From positions 231,307 to 295,306 of the forward strand of contig CAVQZC010000007.1 in assembly GCA_963718315.1 (NCBI GenBank): 64,000 nucleotides of DNA, given 5' to 3'. A program made the position numbers and the translations under genes. This stretch comes from an uncultured Actinomycetes bacterium. GTDB taxonomy: Bacteria; Actinomycetota; Thermoleophilia; Gaiellales; JAICJC01. This document shows positions 36,550 through 46,139 of the stretch, piece by piece. Positions within the stretch are counted from its first letter, which is position 1; each line of letters begins with the position of its first letter. The notes beneath the pieces are model-generated. The model was given only the letters and a program-made list of their open reading frames with translations, was not told the DNA's origin and ran no database searches.

Positions 36550-37176
36550 TCACTCCACGAACGGCGGCAGCGACAGGGCGCGCTCAAACGCGGCCCGGTC
36601 GTGCACAGGCTGACCGTGCGACACGATCACGTGCTCGAACGGCAGCTCCAGCATCGCGCGCAGCGCAGGCAGCACCCGCTCCTCGTGCCACGGCGTGCCC
36701 CAGACCAGCAGCTCGCCGCGGCGCTCGGTCAGCGCGTCGGCGAAGACGAGCGCCCGCTGATCGGGCACCCAGATCGGCGTCTCGCTGCGGCCGCGCCCGT
36801 CGTAGAGCGCCACGATGCCGCCGGGCAGCACGGCGCCGGGCTCCATCCCGTGCAGCTTCGTCTCGGGAATGTTGTCGGGCCAGTACAGGTAGGGGCCGTA
36901 GCCACGCGCGCCGTAGCGCTGCACGAAGACGTCGACGTCGCGGACGTGGTCGGGCTTGAGCACGACCGCCAGCGTCGGGGGTCGCGCGTCGAGGCGCTGC
37001 CAGACCGGATCGTCGTCGGCCGGCGCCATGCCGTCGACGACGGCCGTCTCGCCGCCGCACTCGATCCACACCGACGTCACCGGCGGCTCCCAGCCGGCGT
37101 CCGGGCGCCAGTCGGGGTGCTCCAGCCGCCAGACCCAGAGCCCGTCGGTGACCTCGCGAACCTCCGCCGGGCTCAT
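36550..37176 (-). CDS. MBL-fold-like protein (degenerate metal motif)
   Basis: 208 aa. The beta-lactamase-fold pattern (WVWRLEH..., VVLKPDHVRD, VSHG) lacks a clean HxHxDH. The start overlaps the upstream stop. Confidence 0.45.
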   Translation of the reverse strand: MSPAEVREVTDGLWVWRLEHPDWRPDAGWEPPVTSVWIECGGETAVVDGMAPADDDPVWQRLDARPPTLAVVLKPDHVRDVDVFVQRYGARGYGPYLYWPDNIPETKLHGMEPGAVLPGGIVALYDGRGRSETPIWVPDQRALVFADALTERRGELLVWGTPWHEERVLPALRAMLELPFEHVIVSHGQPVHDRAAFERALSLPPFVE

Positions 37177-39138
37177 CGCGCGCCGGCGGCGAGCGGTGTG
37201 CCAACCGCGAGGCCGGCCTCGGTGCCCTCGCGAATCGCTTCCTCGAACGACCGCGGCCCCAGCGCGTCGCCGACCCGCACGACATCCACGCCGCGATCCT
37301 CGAGCTCCTCGAACAGCGCCGCCTCGGCCGCGCGGCCGCCGTTGAGCACCAGCGCGTCGACCCCCTCCATCGCCACCGCCCGGTCGGAGAACGCGTTTCG
37401 GAACTCGACCGCGCCGGGCCGCACAGCCACCGGCCGCAGGTGGTGCACGAGCTCGACGCCGACGTCATCCAGCCGGCCCAGGTACATGTTGCGCTGATAC
37501 TGGTGGATCCCCTCTCCGAAGGCGGCGGCGCCGGTGACCAGGCGCACGGCGTGCCCGCGGGCGGCCAGCACCTCGGCGACGGCGAGGCCGGTCCAGTCGC
37601 CGCCCCAGTCGGCGACCACGATCTGGTTCCCGATCAGGTCGAGGCCGTCCAGCACATCCCAGGCCTGAACCACCGGCATGTCCGCGCCCGCCAGCGGCTC
37701 GACGTAGGGCACCGCGCCGGTGGCGACCACGATTCGGTCGGGCCGTTCGGCGAGCACCGCCTCGGCGTCCACCGCCGTGCCCGTCCGCAGGTCGCAGCCC
37801 GTCAGCCAGCCCTCGAGGGTGGCGACCAGGGCCGCGGCAATCTCTGCGTGGCCGGGCGCTCCCAGGGCGTGGCGCATCTGGCCGCCGACCCCGTCGGCTC
37901 GCTCGAACACCACCACCTCGTGCCCGCAGGCCGCGGCGGACGCCGCCGCCGCGCATCCCGCCGGTCCGGCGCCGACGATGACCACGCGCTTTGCCTGCTG
38001 TGCCTGCTCCGGCCGCGGGAGGGTCAGCTCGAACCCCGTCCACGGGTTGATGGTGCAGGCGATCGGCGTGCCCGCGTGGTAGTGGCCGATGCAGCCCTGG
38101 TTGCAGCCGATGCAGACCGTGTGCCGCTCGCCGGCACGCGCCTTCGTCGGCATCGACGGGTCGGTGATCAGCGCCCTCGTCATCCCCGTGGCGTCGCAGA
38201 CACCCTCCCGGATCAGCCGGTCGGCGTCTGCGGGCTCGACGATCCGGCCGGTGGCGATCACCGGCACGCCGGCCGCCATCCGCATCGTCCGCGCGAACGG
38301 GGCGATCGCGTTGTGCTCGACCGGCGCCGGCGGCACGATCCAGCTCGACCCGCGGTAGGTGGACGAGCCGCCGGGCGCCACCGACAGGTAGTCGATCAGG
38401 CCGTCGCGCGAGAGCACGCCGGCCGCTCGCTCGAGCTCGTACTGGCTGTTGCCGTCGTACGAGAGCGACTCGTCGGTCAGCCGCGCGCCGACGGCGCCGT
38501 CGCCGATGCCCTCGCGCATTGCCTGCAGCACCTCGCGCAGGAACCGCAGCCGGTTCTCGAACGTCCCGCCGTACTCATCGGTGCGCAGGTTGACGTGGGG
38601 AGAGAGGAACTGCGTGGGCAGGTATCCAAAGCCTGCGCACACCTCGACGCCGTCGATTCCGCCCTCCCGCGCGTACTCGGCAGCCTGCCGGTAGCCGTCG
38701 ACCATCTCGCCGGATCTCGCGCCGGGTCAGCGCGCGCGGCTCGCTCTTGAACCGCGGGCTGGGCACGCTCGAGGGAGCGACCGCCGCCGGCCTGGGCGGG
38801 GTGGAGATCACCTCGCGCCCGCCGTGGAAGAGCTGGACGAACAGGCGGGTGCCGTGGGGGTGCACGGCGGCAGCCAGCCTCCGGTAGACGGGCACGATCT
38901 CGGGCAGGTAGCCGCCGATCGTGTGCGCCGTGAGCAGCCCGGTGTGGTGGATCGCGGTCGCCTCGACCACGATCAGGCCCGCGCCCCCGCGGGCGCGCGC
39001 CTCGTGGTAGGCGATCAGATCGTCGGTCGGCAGGTGGTCGTGGACCAGGCTGGTCTGGTGCGAGGTCGAGACGATCCGGTTGGGAAGCTGCACCGAGCCG
39101 ATGTCCAGGGGCGAAAAGAGCGTCTCAAGCACGGTCAC
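37173..39138 (-). pseudogene. 2,4-dienoyl-CoA reductase-like NADH:flavin oxidoreductase (OYE TIM barrel + 4Fe-4S + FAD/NAD domain), split by a 1-nt frame change near 38708-38714
   Basis: Track ORFs 38575..39198 (OYE N-half: LPNRIVSTSHQT, LFVQLFHGGR) and 37173..38705 (MVDGYRQAAEYAREGGIDGVEV ... CIGCNQGCIGH ... VVIVGAGPAGCAAA) join as ...LTRREI/GEMVDGY... if one base is removed. Confidence 0.7.
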
Positions 39139-39217
39139 CGACTCTAGATGATTAGCCCGGGCGGTTTGTCGGTCTGCGGTAGCGGGTACCAGCCTCACTC
39201 ACGACGAAGGGAACGCG

Positions 39218-39406
39218 ATGGGTGACAAGGTGCACGGCAAGCTCGATCAGGCCACCGGCAAGATGAAGGAAGCCGCCGGACGAGCCACCGACGACGAGGG
39301 GCTCGAGCAGGAGGGCAAGAACGAGCAGAGCAAGGGCCACCTGCGCGAGGCGGCCGGCAAGGTCAAGGATGCGGCCGGCGACGTCAAGGATGCAGCGACC
39401 AAGTAG
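39218..39406 (+). CDS. CsbD-family stress-response protein
   Basis: 62 aa: MGDKVHGKLDQATGKMKEAAGRATDDEGLEQEGKNEQSKGHLREAAGKVKDA. This is the classic CsbD repeat pattern. Confidence 0.8.
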   Translation: MGDKVHGKLDQATGKMKEAAGRATDDEGLEQEGKNEQSKGHLREAAGKVKDAAGDVKDAATK

Positions 39407-39919
39407 CTCCGCGCGGGGGAGATGACGGGGCGGACGGCAGGCTCACTGCCACTTTCGCGGCAACTGCCCCCCGCAGTCGCCCGCCGTCCGCTCACCGTAT
39501 CGATTCGGATCGAGGTGCGCTTCCGGGGTGCCTAGCCCCCGGGGGCGCGGGCGCGGCGAGCGAACTCGCCACTAGGTGGACGCTCCCTCGCAATCCTCCC
39601 GCGTGTGCGGCGCGGGTTGGGATTGCCGTTTTCGGAAACGTCCCGGTTTCGGCAGCCGAGCCGTCTCAACCAGTGAGACCTCTTGCTTTGCGTGCCCGCC
39701 TCGCAGCGGGTTTGCCATTTTCGATCCGCAGGGTCATCATCGTCCGCAAGGGCACCGGCGGCGTCGCTCGGAGCGGGAGTGTCGGCCTCCCCACTTCGGG
39801 GTATCCCGGGCGGAAACGGGGCTCGGTTTCCCCCGGTGGAGGCATGCAGCGCTGATGACTGCGGCCGACGCCGGGGCCGTCTGCCGCGACCAGTACCATT
39901 GGCGATCACCGTGGCACTG

Positions 39920-40792
39920 ATGGAGGCCGTCCCGAACTTTTCCGAAGGGCGCGACCAGACGGTGCTGGACAGCATCGGGTCGGCGATGACCGATGCCGGC
40001 GGACGGGTGCTCGACATCCACGCAGACCCCGACCACAACCGCTCGGTGTTCACGTGCGTCGGCGACCCGGACTCGTTGGTCGAGGCGCTGGCCGCCGGTA
40101 TCGCGGTGGCCGTCGCGGTCATCGACCTCAACCAGCACCAGGGCGTTCATCCCCGCGTCGGGGTGGCCGACGTCGTGCCGTTCGTGCAGTTCGACCCCGA
40201 GGACGACCAGCCCGAGCGGGCGGCCCGCGCCCTTGCCCGGCGGATCGCCATGCTGGGCCTCCCGGTGCTCGGGTATGCCGAGCTCGGCGGCGGGCTGCGG
40301 CCGGCGTTCTTCCGCCACGGCGGCACGGAGCGGCTGGCCGAGCGGCTGGACAGCGGCGACGTGGTGCCGATGCTCGGGCCGGCCCGGCTGCACCCGACCG
40401 CCGGCGCGGTGCTGCTCGGTGTGCGCCCGCCGCTGGTGGCGTTCAACGTCGAGCTCGACTCCGACGACCTCGAGCTGGCCCGGCTGATCGCCACGGCCAT
40501 CCGGGCGCGGGACGGGGGGCTGCCCGGCGTCCAGGCCCTCGGTCTGCAGCTCGGCAACGGCAACGTCCAGGTGTCGACCAACCTGATCGACATCGATGCC
40601 ACGCCCCTTCATGCGGTGGTCGAGCGGATCGAGCACCTTGCCCGGGAAGGCGGAGCCGCCATCCGCGCGGCCGAGCTCGTCGGTCTGATGCCGGCGTCCG
40701 TTGCGTCCGCGGCGGCCGGGGCTGCTCTGCGGCTGCCGGGTATGCGGCCCGACCGCATGCTCGAGGTCTCGGTCCACGGAGAGTTCGGCTAG
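39920..40792 (+). CDS. glutamate formimidoyltransferase (FtcD N-terminal-domain type)
   Basis: MEAVPNFSEGRD ... HADPDHNRSVFT ... HPRVGVADVVPF are hallmark motifs. The upstream part of track ORF 39683.. is not coding-like. Confidence 0.8.
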   Translation: MEAVPNFSEGRDQTVLDSIGSAMTDAGGRVLDIHADPDHNRSVFTCVGDPDSLVEALAAGIAVAVAVIDLNQHQGVHPRVGVADVVPFVQFDPEDDQPERAARALARRIAMLGLPVLGYAELGGGLRPAFFRHGGTERLAERLDSGDVVPMLGPARLHPTAGAVLLGVRPPLVAFNVELDSDDLELARLIATAIRARDGGLPGVQALGLQLGNGNVQVSTNLIDIDATPLHAVVERIEHLAREGGAAIRAAELVGLMPASVASAAAGAALRLPGMRPDRMLEVSVHGEFG

Positions 40793-40802
40793 CGCATTCA
40801 CC

Positions 40803-41030
40803 TAGAAGCTCTGGCGGGATGCATCGTGGATGGATGGCGCGTGGCGCGCCCAGCAGACTTGCAAGCCGCAGGCTTGCAAGGTTCAGGAGGAATCTGCGAT
40901 CCACGCAGATTCCGTATGCATGGCGCGGTGAAGCCCGTATACGGAGTTCATCTGGGCAAGACGCGGCATAGCCTCCTGCGCCGCGCGACGCCCGCCAGAC
41001 GCCGCGAGGCATCCCGCCAGAGCTTCTTAG
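40803..41030 (+). repeat. structured repeat element, copy 2 (18-bp closing inverted repeat around the same 64-nt core)
   Basis: GAAGCTCTGGCGGGATGC (40805-40822) pairs with 41009-41026. The core is at 40856-40919. The 23-nt module CTCGCGGCGTCTGGCRGGCGTCG is present in inverted orientation at 40986-41008 (copy 1 has it at 3375-3397). Confidence 0.6.
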
Positions 41031-41049
41031 CGTTACACTGCGCGGCGCC

Positions 41050-42585
41050 GTGGCGGCCACCGTCGAGCTAACCGGGTCGGATCTGTCGATCGAGGACGTC
41101 GAGCGGGTCGCCATCGGCGGCGCCACCGTCTCCCTCACCGACACCGCGCTCCAGCGCATCGCCGCCGCGCGTGAGCTGGTCGAGCGAGCGGTCGAGGCGG
41201 GCACGCCCACCTACGGCGTTAACACCGGGTTCGGGCGCTTCGTCGACGTCGCCATCTCGCGAGAGGACGTCGGCCGCCTGCAGCTGAACCTGCTCCGCAG
41301 CCACGCGTGCGGCGTCGGTGAGCCGTTCCCGCGCGAGGTTGTGCGTGCTGCGATGCTGCTGCGGGCCAATGCGCTTGCCACCGGGGCGTCCGGCGTCCGC
41401 CGGGAGACGGTCGAGCTGCTGCTGGCCATGCTGGCGGCGGGCGTCCACCCGGTGGTGCCGTCGCGAGGCTCACTGGGCGCCAGCGGCGACCTGGCACCGC
41501 TCGCCCACCTTGCCCTACCGCTGGTCGGCGAGGGGCAGGCGGAGCACGGCGGTCAGGTGATGTCCGGCGCCGATGCCCTGCAGCTGGCGGGACTGGCTCC
41601 GGTCACCCTGGACGCCAAGGAGGGGCTTGCGCTGATCAACGGCACCCAGTTCATGGCCGCCATCGGTGCGCTCCTGCTGCGCCGCGGCGAGCGGCTGGTG
41701 AAGACGGCGGACCTGGCCGCAGCGCTGTCGGTGGAGGCGGTTCGCGGCTCGCGGACGCCGTTCTCGCCGGAGATCCAGGCTCTGCGGCCGCACCCCGGGC
41801 AGATCGCGTCGGCGGCGAATCTCTACCGGCTGCTGGACGACTCCCAGATCGTCGAGTCGCACCGCTGGTGCGGCCGAGTCCAGGACGCCTACTCGCTGCG
41901 CTGCTCGCCGCAGGTGCACGGCGCGGTGCGCGACGCCGCCGCCTACGCCGCCGGCGTTGTCTCGATCGAGATCAACGCGGCCACCGACAACCCGCTGGTG
42001 TTTGCCGACCGGGGTGAGGTGCTCTCGAACGGCAACTTCCACGGAGAGCCGGTGGCGATCGCCCTGGACACGCTGAAGATCGCGTTGGCCGAGCTGGCAG
42101 GGATCTCCGAGCGGCGGATCGAGCGGATGATCAACCCGACGATGAGCGAGGGGCTGCCGCCGTTCCTGACCAAGGAGGGCGGTCTCAACTCCGGCTTCAT
42201 GATCCCCCACTACGTGGCGGCCAGCCTGGTGGCCGAGAACAAGGTGCTCTGCCATCCCGCGTCGGTCGACTCGATCCCCACCAGCGCCGGCCAGGAGGAT
42301 CACGTATCGATGGGCGCGACCGCCGCCGTGCACGCCTGGAAGGTCTGCGACAACGTCGAGCACGTGCTCGCCGTCGAGCTGCTGTGCGGCGCGCAGGGGC
42401 TCGACTTCCTGGATCCACTCAAGCCCGGGCCGGGCATCGGGCTGCTCCACGGAGCGATCCGCGAGCGCTCGCCGCACCTCGAGGACGACCGCAGTCTGGC
42501 CGGTGACATCGAAGCGGTTGCCTCAGCCATCCGCGACGGCAGCCTGCTGGCCGCCGTCGAGTCGAGCTTCGGCGCCCTGCGCTAG
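41050..42585 (+). CDS. hutH: histidine ammonia-lyase
   Basis: It has the MIO-forming triad in GSLGASGDLAPLAHL and is 511 aa with family-typical length and motifs (NGTQFM, NFHGEP). Confidence 0.9.
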   Translation: MAATVELTGSDLSIEDVERVAIGGATVSLTDTALQRIAAARELVERAVEAGTPTYGVNTGFGRFVDVAISREDVGRLQLNLLRSHACGVGEPFPREVVRAAMLLRANALATGASGVRRETVELLLAMLAAGVHPVVPSRGSLGASGDLAPLAHLALPLVGEGQAEHGGQVMSGADALQLAGLAPVTLDAKEGLALINGTQFMAAIGALLLRRGERLVKTADLAAALSVEAVRGSRTPFSPEIQALRPHPGQIASAANLYRLLDDSQIVESHRWCGRVQDAYSLRCSPQVHGAVRDAAAYAAGVVSIEINAATDNPLVFADRGEVLSNGNFHGEPVAIALDTLKIALAELAGISERRIERMINPTMSEGLPPFLTKEGGLNSGFMIPHYVAASLVAENKVLCHPASVDSIPTSAGQEDHVSMGATAAVHAWKVCDNVEHVLAVELLCGAQGLDFLDPLKPGPGIGLLHGAIRERSPHLEDDRSLAGDIEAVASAIRDGSLLAAVESSFGALR

Positions 42586-43682
42586 GTCTCGACCAGCCGG
42601 TAGACCGAGCCGCTCAGCGACACCAGGAACAGTCCGCCGCGGGCACCCTGACCGAATGAGCTGATCTCCCTGACCTTCCCGGAGAAGGCCATCGGCTGTG
42701 GGCGCCCGCTGGGTGCCTGCATCTTCCAGACGCGGCCGGAGCAGAAGTCACCGAAGACGTACCAGCCGTAGAGGAACGGGATGTCGGTGCCGCGGTAGAC
42801 GTAGCCGCCGGTGACTGCGCAGTTGCCGCCCGGGTTGTGCGGGTACTCGGCGACCGGGAACACCAGCCGCGACCGGTTGATCGGCTGCACCTTGTAGACG
42901 TGGTCGCCCTCGTAGTAGCTCCAGCCGAAGTTCGTCCCGGGGCGCGCCCCGGAGCCCAGTCGGTCGATCTCCTCGTAGCGGTCCTGGCCGACGTCGCCGA
43001 TCCACATCGTGCCGGTCACCCGGTCGAACGAGAACCGCCACGGGTTGCGCAGGCCGTAGGCGTAGATCGAGACCCTCGGCGTTGCGCCGCTGACGTTGAT
43101 GCGCAGGATCTTGGAGAGAAACCCGGTCCGCTTCTGGCCGTTCAGGTTGGGATCGCCCTCGCTGCCGCCGTCGCCGAGCCCGTAGTAGAGGTTCCCGTCC
43201 CTGCCGAACGCGATCATGCCGCCGTTGTGGTTGGCGTAGGGCTGGTGGATGGTCAGCAGCACGCGGCGGGTGAACGGGTTGGCGATGTTCCGGTGGTCAG
43301 GCAGGACGTGGTAGGCGATCAGCTGGCTGTCGCCGGCGGGGTCGGTGACCGACACGAAGAAGCGGCCGTCACTTCCGTACCGGGGGTCGAACGCCATCGA
43401 CAGCAGGCCCTGCTCGTTGCCCTTGGAGACGCTCCTGGTCAGGTTCAGGAACGGGGTCGCGAGCATCCGCCCGTTCTGGAGGATCCGGATCAGCCCACCC
43501 TGCTGGACGATGAACAGCCGGCTGGTGTCGTTCGGCGCCTCGGTCACGTAGACCGGCCGGTCGAGGTGCGAGGCGACCAGCGCAAGGCCGATGGCGCGGG
43601 TCGTCGCATCGGCTGACCCGAGCGGAGCGCACCCCACCAGGATCGCGCAGATGACGCCGACGATGAGTGCGCGAAGCCTCAC
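42582..43682 (-). CDS. PQQ-dependent sugar (glucose/sorbosone) dehydrogenase-like lipoprotein
   Basis: The GTG at 43682 gives [20 protein letters not shown] (lipobox LVGC). Beta-propeller motifs include [22 protein letters not shown] and [23 protein letters not shown]. Confidence 0.75.
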   Translation of the reverse strand: MRLRALIVGVICAILVGCAPLGSADATTRAIGLALVASHLDRPVYVTEAPNDTSRLFIVQQGGLIRILQNGRMLATPFLNLTRSVSKGNEQGLLSMAFDPRYGSDGRFFVSVTDPAGDSQLIAYHVLPDHRNIANPFTRRVLLTIHQPYANHNGGMIAFGRDGNLYYGLGDGGSEGDPNLNGQKRTGFLSKILRINVSGATPRVSIYAYGLRNPWRFSFDRVTGTMWIGDVGQDRYEEIDRLGSGARPGTNFGWSYYEGDHVYKVQPINRSRLVFPVAEYPHNPGGNCAVTGGYVYRGTDIPFLYGWYVFGDFCSGRVWKMQAPSGRPQPMAFSGKVREISSFGQGARGGLFLVSLSGSVYRLVET

Positions 43683-43755
43683 GCGGCCATGGTACCCGCA
43701 GCCGCCCGGTGTCACGGCTCGCGTGTGTGGCGCGCTACTGGTAGCGTCCGCGACG

Positions 43756-45453
43756 ATGGTTGCGTCCGCGGTGCACACCGAGGTCGAATCGCTGGTCGGG
43801 GATCTCAGCTCGGTCCGGGCACCCCATGGCAGCCGGCTCCGGTGCAAGGGATGGCACCAGGAGGCGGCGCTGCGGATGCTCTGCAACAACCTCGATCCCG
43901 AGGTGGCCGAGGATCCCGAGCGGCTTGTCGTCTACGGCGGGTCGGGGCGCGCCGCGCGCAGCCACGAGGCGCTGCGGGCGATCGTCGCCTCGCTGATCGA
44001 GCTCGAGAACGACGAGACCCTGCTGGTGCAGAGCGGCAAGCCGGTCGCCGTCTTCCGCACGCACGCGGGCGCTCCCCGGGTGCTGATCGCCAACTCGCTG
44101 CTGGTGCCCCGGTTCGCCACCTGGGAGGAGTTCCGCCGGCTGGAGGCCGAGGGGCTGACGATGTTCGGCCAGATGACCGCCGGCTCCTGGATCTACATCG
44201 GCAGCCAGGGGATCCTGCAGGGCACCTTCCAGACGTTCGCCGCCGCCGGCGAGAAGCACTGGGGCTCGCCCGATCTCAGCGGCCGGACGATCCTGACGGC
44301 CGGGCTGGGCGGGATGGGCGGCGCCCAGCCGCTGGCGGCGTCGCTGTCGGGTGCCGCGAGCCTCAACGTCGAGGTGGATCCGCACCGGATCGAGCGGCGG
44401 CTGGAGACGCGCTACCTGGACGAGCTTGCGAGCGACCTGGACGACGCCGTCGACCGGGTGACCCGCGCGGCGCGCGAGGGGCGCGGCGTGTCTGTTGGCC
44501 TGTGCGGCAACGCCGGTGAGGTGTTCCCGGAGCTGGCGCGACGGGGCGTGCAGTTCGACCTGGTCACCGACCAGACGTCGGCCCACGACATGCTGAACGG
44601 CTACGTCCCGATGGGCATGTCGCTGGCGGAGGCGCTCGCCCTGCGCGAGTCCGACCCCGACCGCTACGTCGCCGAGGCGCGGCGGACGGCCGTCGAGCAC
44701 GTCCGCGCCATGGTCGCCATGCAGGAGGCGGGCAGCCATGTATTCGATTATGGCAACAACCTGCGCACCGAGGCGCTCGACGCAGGCTACGCAGACGCGT
44801 TCTCCTTCCCCGGCTTCGTGCCCGCCTACATCCGACCGCTGTTCTGCCGCGGGGCAGGCCCGTTCCGGTGGGCCGCGCTGTCGGGTGACCCGGCCGACAT
44901 CCACCGGATCGACCAGGCGATGCGCGAGGCCTTCCCGGATGACGCCCTGCTGCAGCGGTGGCTCGCGATCGCCCCCGACCGGATCGCGTTCCAGGGGCTG
45001 CCTTCGCGGATCTGCTGGCTGGGGCTGGGCGACCGGGCCAAGGCCGGCCTGATCTTCAACGATCTGGTGCGGCGCGGGGAGGTCTCGGCGCCGGTGGTGA
45101 TCGGCCGTGACCACCTCGACACCGGCTCGGTGGCGTCGCCGTTCCGCGAGACCGAGGCGATGAAGGACGGGTCGGATGCGATCGCCGACTGGCCGATCCT
45201 GAACGCGCTTCTGTCCACGTCCTCCGGCGCCTCGTGGGTGAGCGTTCACCACGGCGGTGGTGTCGGCATCGGCAACTCGATCCACGCCGGGCTCGTGATC
45301 GTGGCCGACGGCAGCGCTGAGATGGACGAGCGGCTGGAGCGCGTGCTGACGAACGATCCCGCCATCGGTGTCGCCCGCCATGCCGACGCCGGCTACGAGG
45401 AAGCGATCGCGACCGCCCATGCCGCCGGTCTGAACCTCCCGATGGAGAACTGA
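43756..45453 (+). CDS. hutU: urocanate hydratase
   Basis: [32 protein letters not shown] ... [12 protein letters not shown] ... HHGGGVGIG. The ATG at 43756 gives a product of about 565 aa. Confidence 0.9.
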   Translation: MVASAVHTEVESLVGDLSSVRAPHGSRLRCKGWHQEAALRMLCNNLDPEVAEDPERLVVYGGSGRAARSHEALRAIVASLIELENDETLLVQSGKPVAVFRTHAGAPRVLIANSLLVPRFATWEEFRRLEAEGLTMFGQMTAGSWIYIGSQGILQGTFQTFAAAGEKHWGSPDLSGRTILTAGLGGMGGAQPLAASLSGAASLNVEVDPHRIERRLETRYLDELASDLDDAVDRVTRAAREGRGVSVGLCGNAGEVFPELARRGVQFDLVTDQTSAHDMLNGYVPMGMSLAEALALRESDPDRYVAEARRTAVEHVRAMVAMQEAGSHVFDYGNNLRTEALDAGYADAFSFPGFVPAYIRPLFCRGAGPFRWAALSGDPADIHRIDQAMREAFPDDALLQRWLAIAPDRIAFQGLPSRICWLGLGDRAKAGLIFNDLVRRGEVSAPVVIGRDHLDTGSVASPFRETEAMKDGSDAIADWPILNALLSTSSGASWVSVHHGGGVGIGNSIHAGLVIVADGSAEMDERLERVLTNDPAIGVARHADAGYEEAIATAHAAGLNLPMEN

Positions 45454-45455
45454 GA

Positions 45456-46139
45456 GTGCCCGAGGCCCGCACCGCGCTGCTGACCGGGGTCACCGGGGGG
45501 TGGGGCAGAGCCGTGCTCGACCGCTTCGTCGAGCAGGGCTGGAGCGTCTGCGTCTCGTACTTCGGCGATCCCGGCGACCTCCCCGACGGCGTGCTCGGCG
45601 TCGAGACCGACCTGACCGATCCCGACTCCGCCCAGGCCGCGGCCGACGCCTGCCGCGAGGCGTTTGGCTCGATCGAGGCGCTGGCCTGCGTGGCCGGCGG
45701 GTTCGCGATGGCCGGGCCGATCCAGGACCAGCCGGTGGACGTCTGGCGCAAGCAGTTCGCCCTCAATCTCGACACGGCCTACACGGTCACGCGGGCCGTC
45801 GTCGGCGGGATGGTCGAACAGGAGCGCGGGTCGATTGTCTACGTCGGGTCGCGCGCTGCGCTCCGTCCGTTCCCGGGAGCCTCCGGGTACATCGTGTCGA
45901 AGGCGGCCGTGCTGGCGCTGATGCAGGCCGTCGACGCCGAGGTGCGTGGCCACGGCGTGCGCGCCAACGTGGTCGTCCCCAACGTCGTCGACACCCCGCG
46001 CAACCGGGAGGAGAACCCGGATGCCGACTTCTCCAAGTGGACGACGGGGGGCGAGTTGGGCCGCGTCATCGAATGGCTGTGCGGGGACGATTCGGCGCCG
46101 CTCTCCGGGGGCGTCATCCCCGCCTATGGGCGTAGCTAG
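45456..46139 (+). CDS. SDR-family oxidoreductase
   Basis: LLTGVTGGWGRA (atypical TGxxxGxG) and YIVSKAA (YxxxK). It lies between hutU and hutI, with a 2-nt gap to hutU and a 14-nt overlap with hutI. Confidence 0.7.
   Translation: MPEARTALLTGVTGGWGRAVLDRFVEQGWSVCVSYFGDPGDLPDGVLGVETDLTDPDSAQAAADACREAFGSIEALACVAGGFAMAGPIQDQPVDVWRKQFALNLDTAYTVTRAVVGGMVEQERGSIVYVGSRAALRPFPGASGYIVSKAAVLALMQAVDAEVRGHGVRANVVVPNVVDTPRNREENPDADFSKWTTGGELGRVIEWLCGDDSAPLSGGVIPAYGRS

Noticed and set aside
39407-39919. A THF or ZTP riboswitch, or a protein gene (track ORFs 39576..39920, 39532..40131 and 39247..39495), in the ftcD leader.
   Set aside because: I could not find the conserved ZTP 3' element (CCGCCUGGGC-like) or the THF core. 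The ORFs have junk composition. The region is kept only as an unexplained structured leader.
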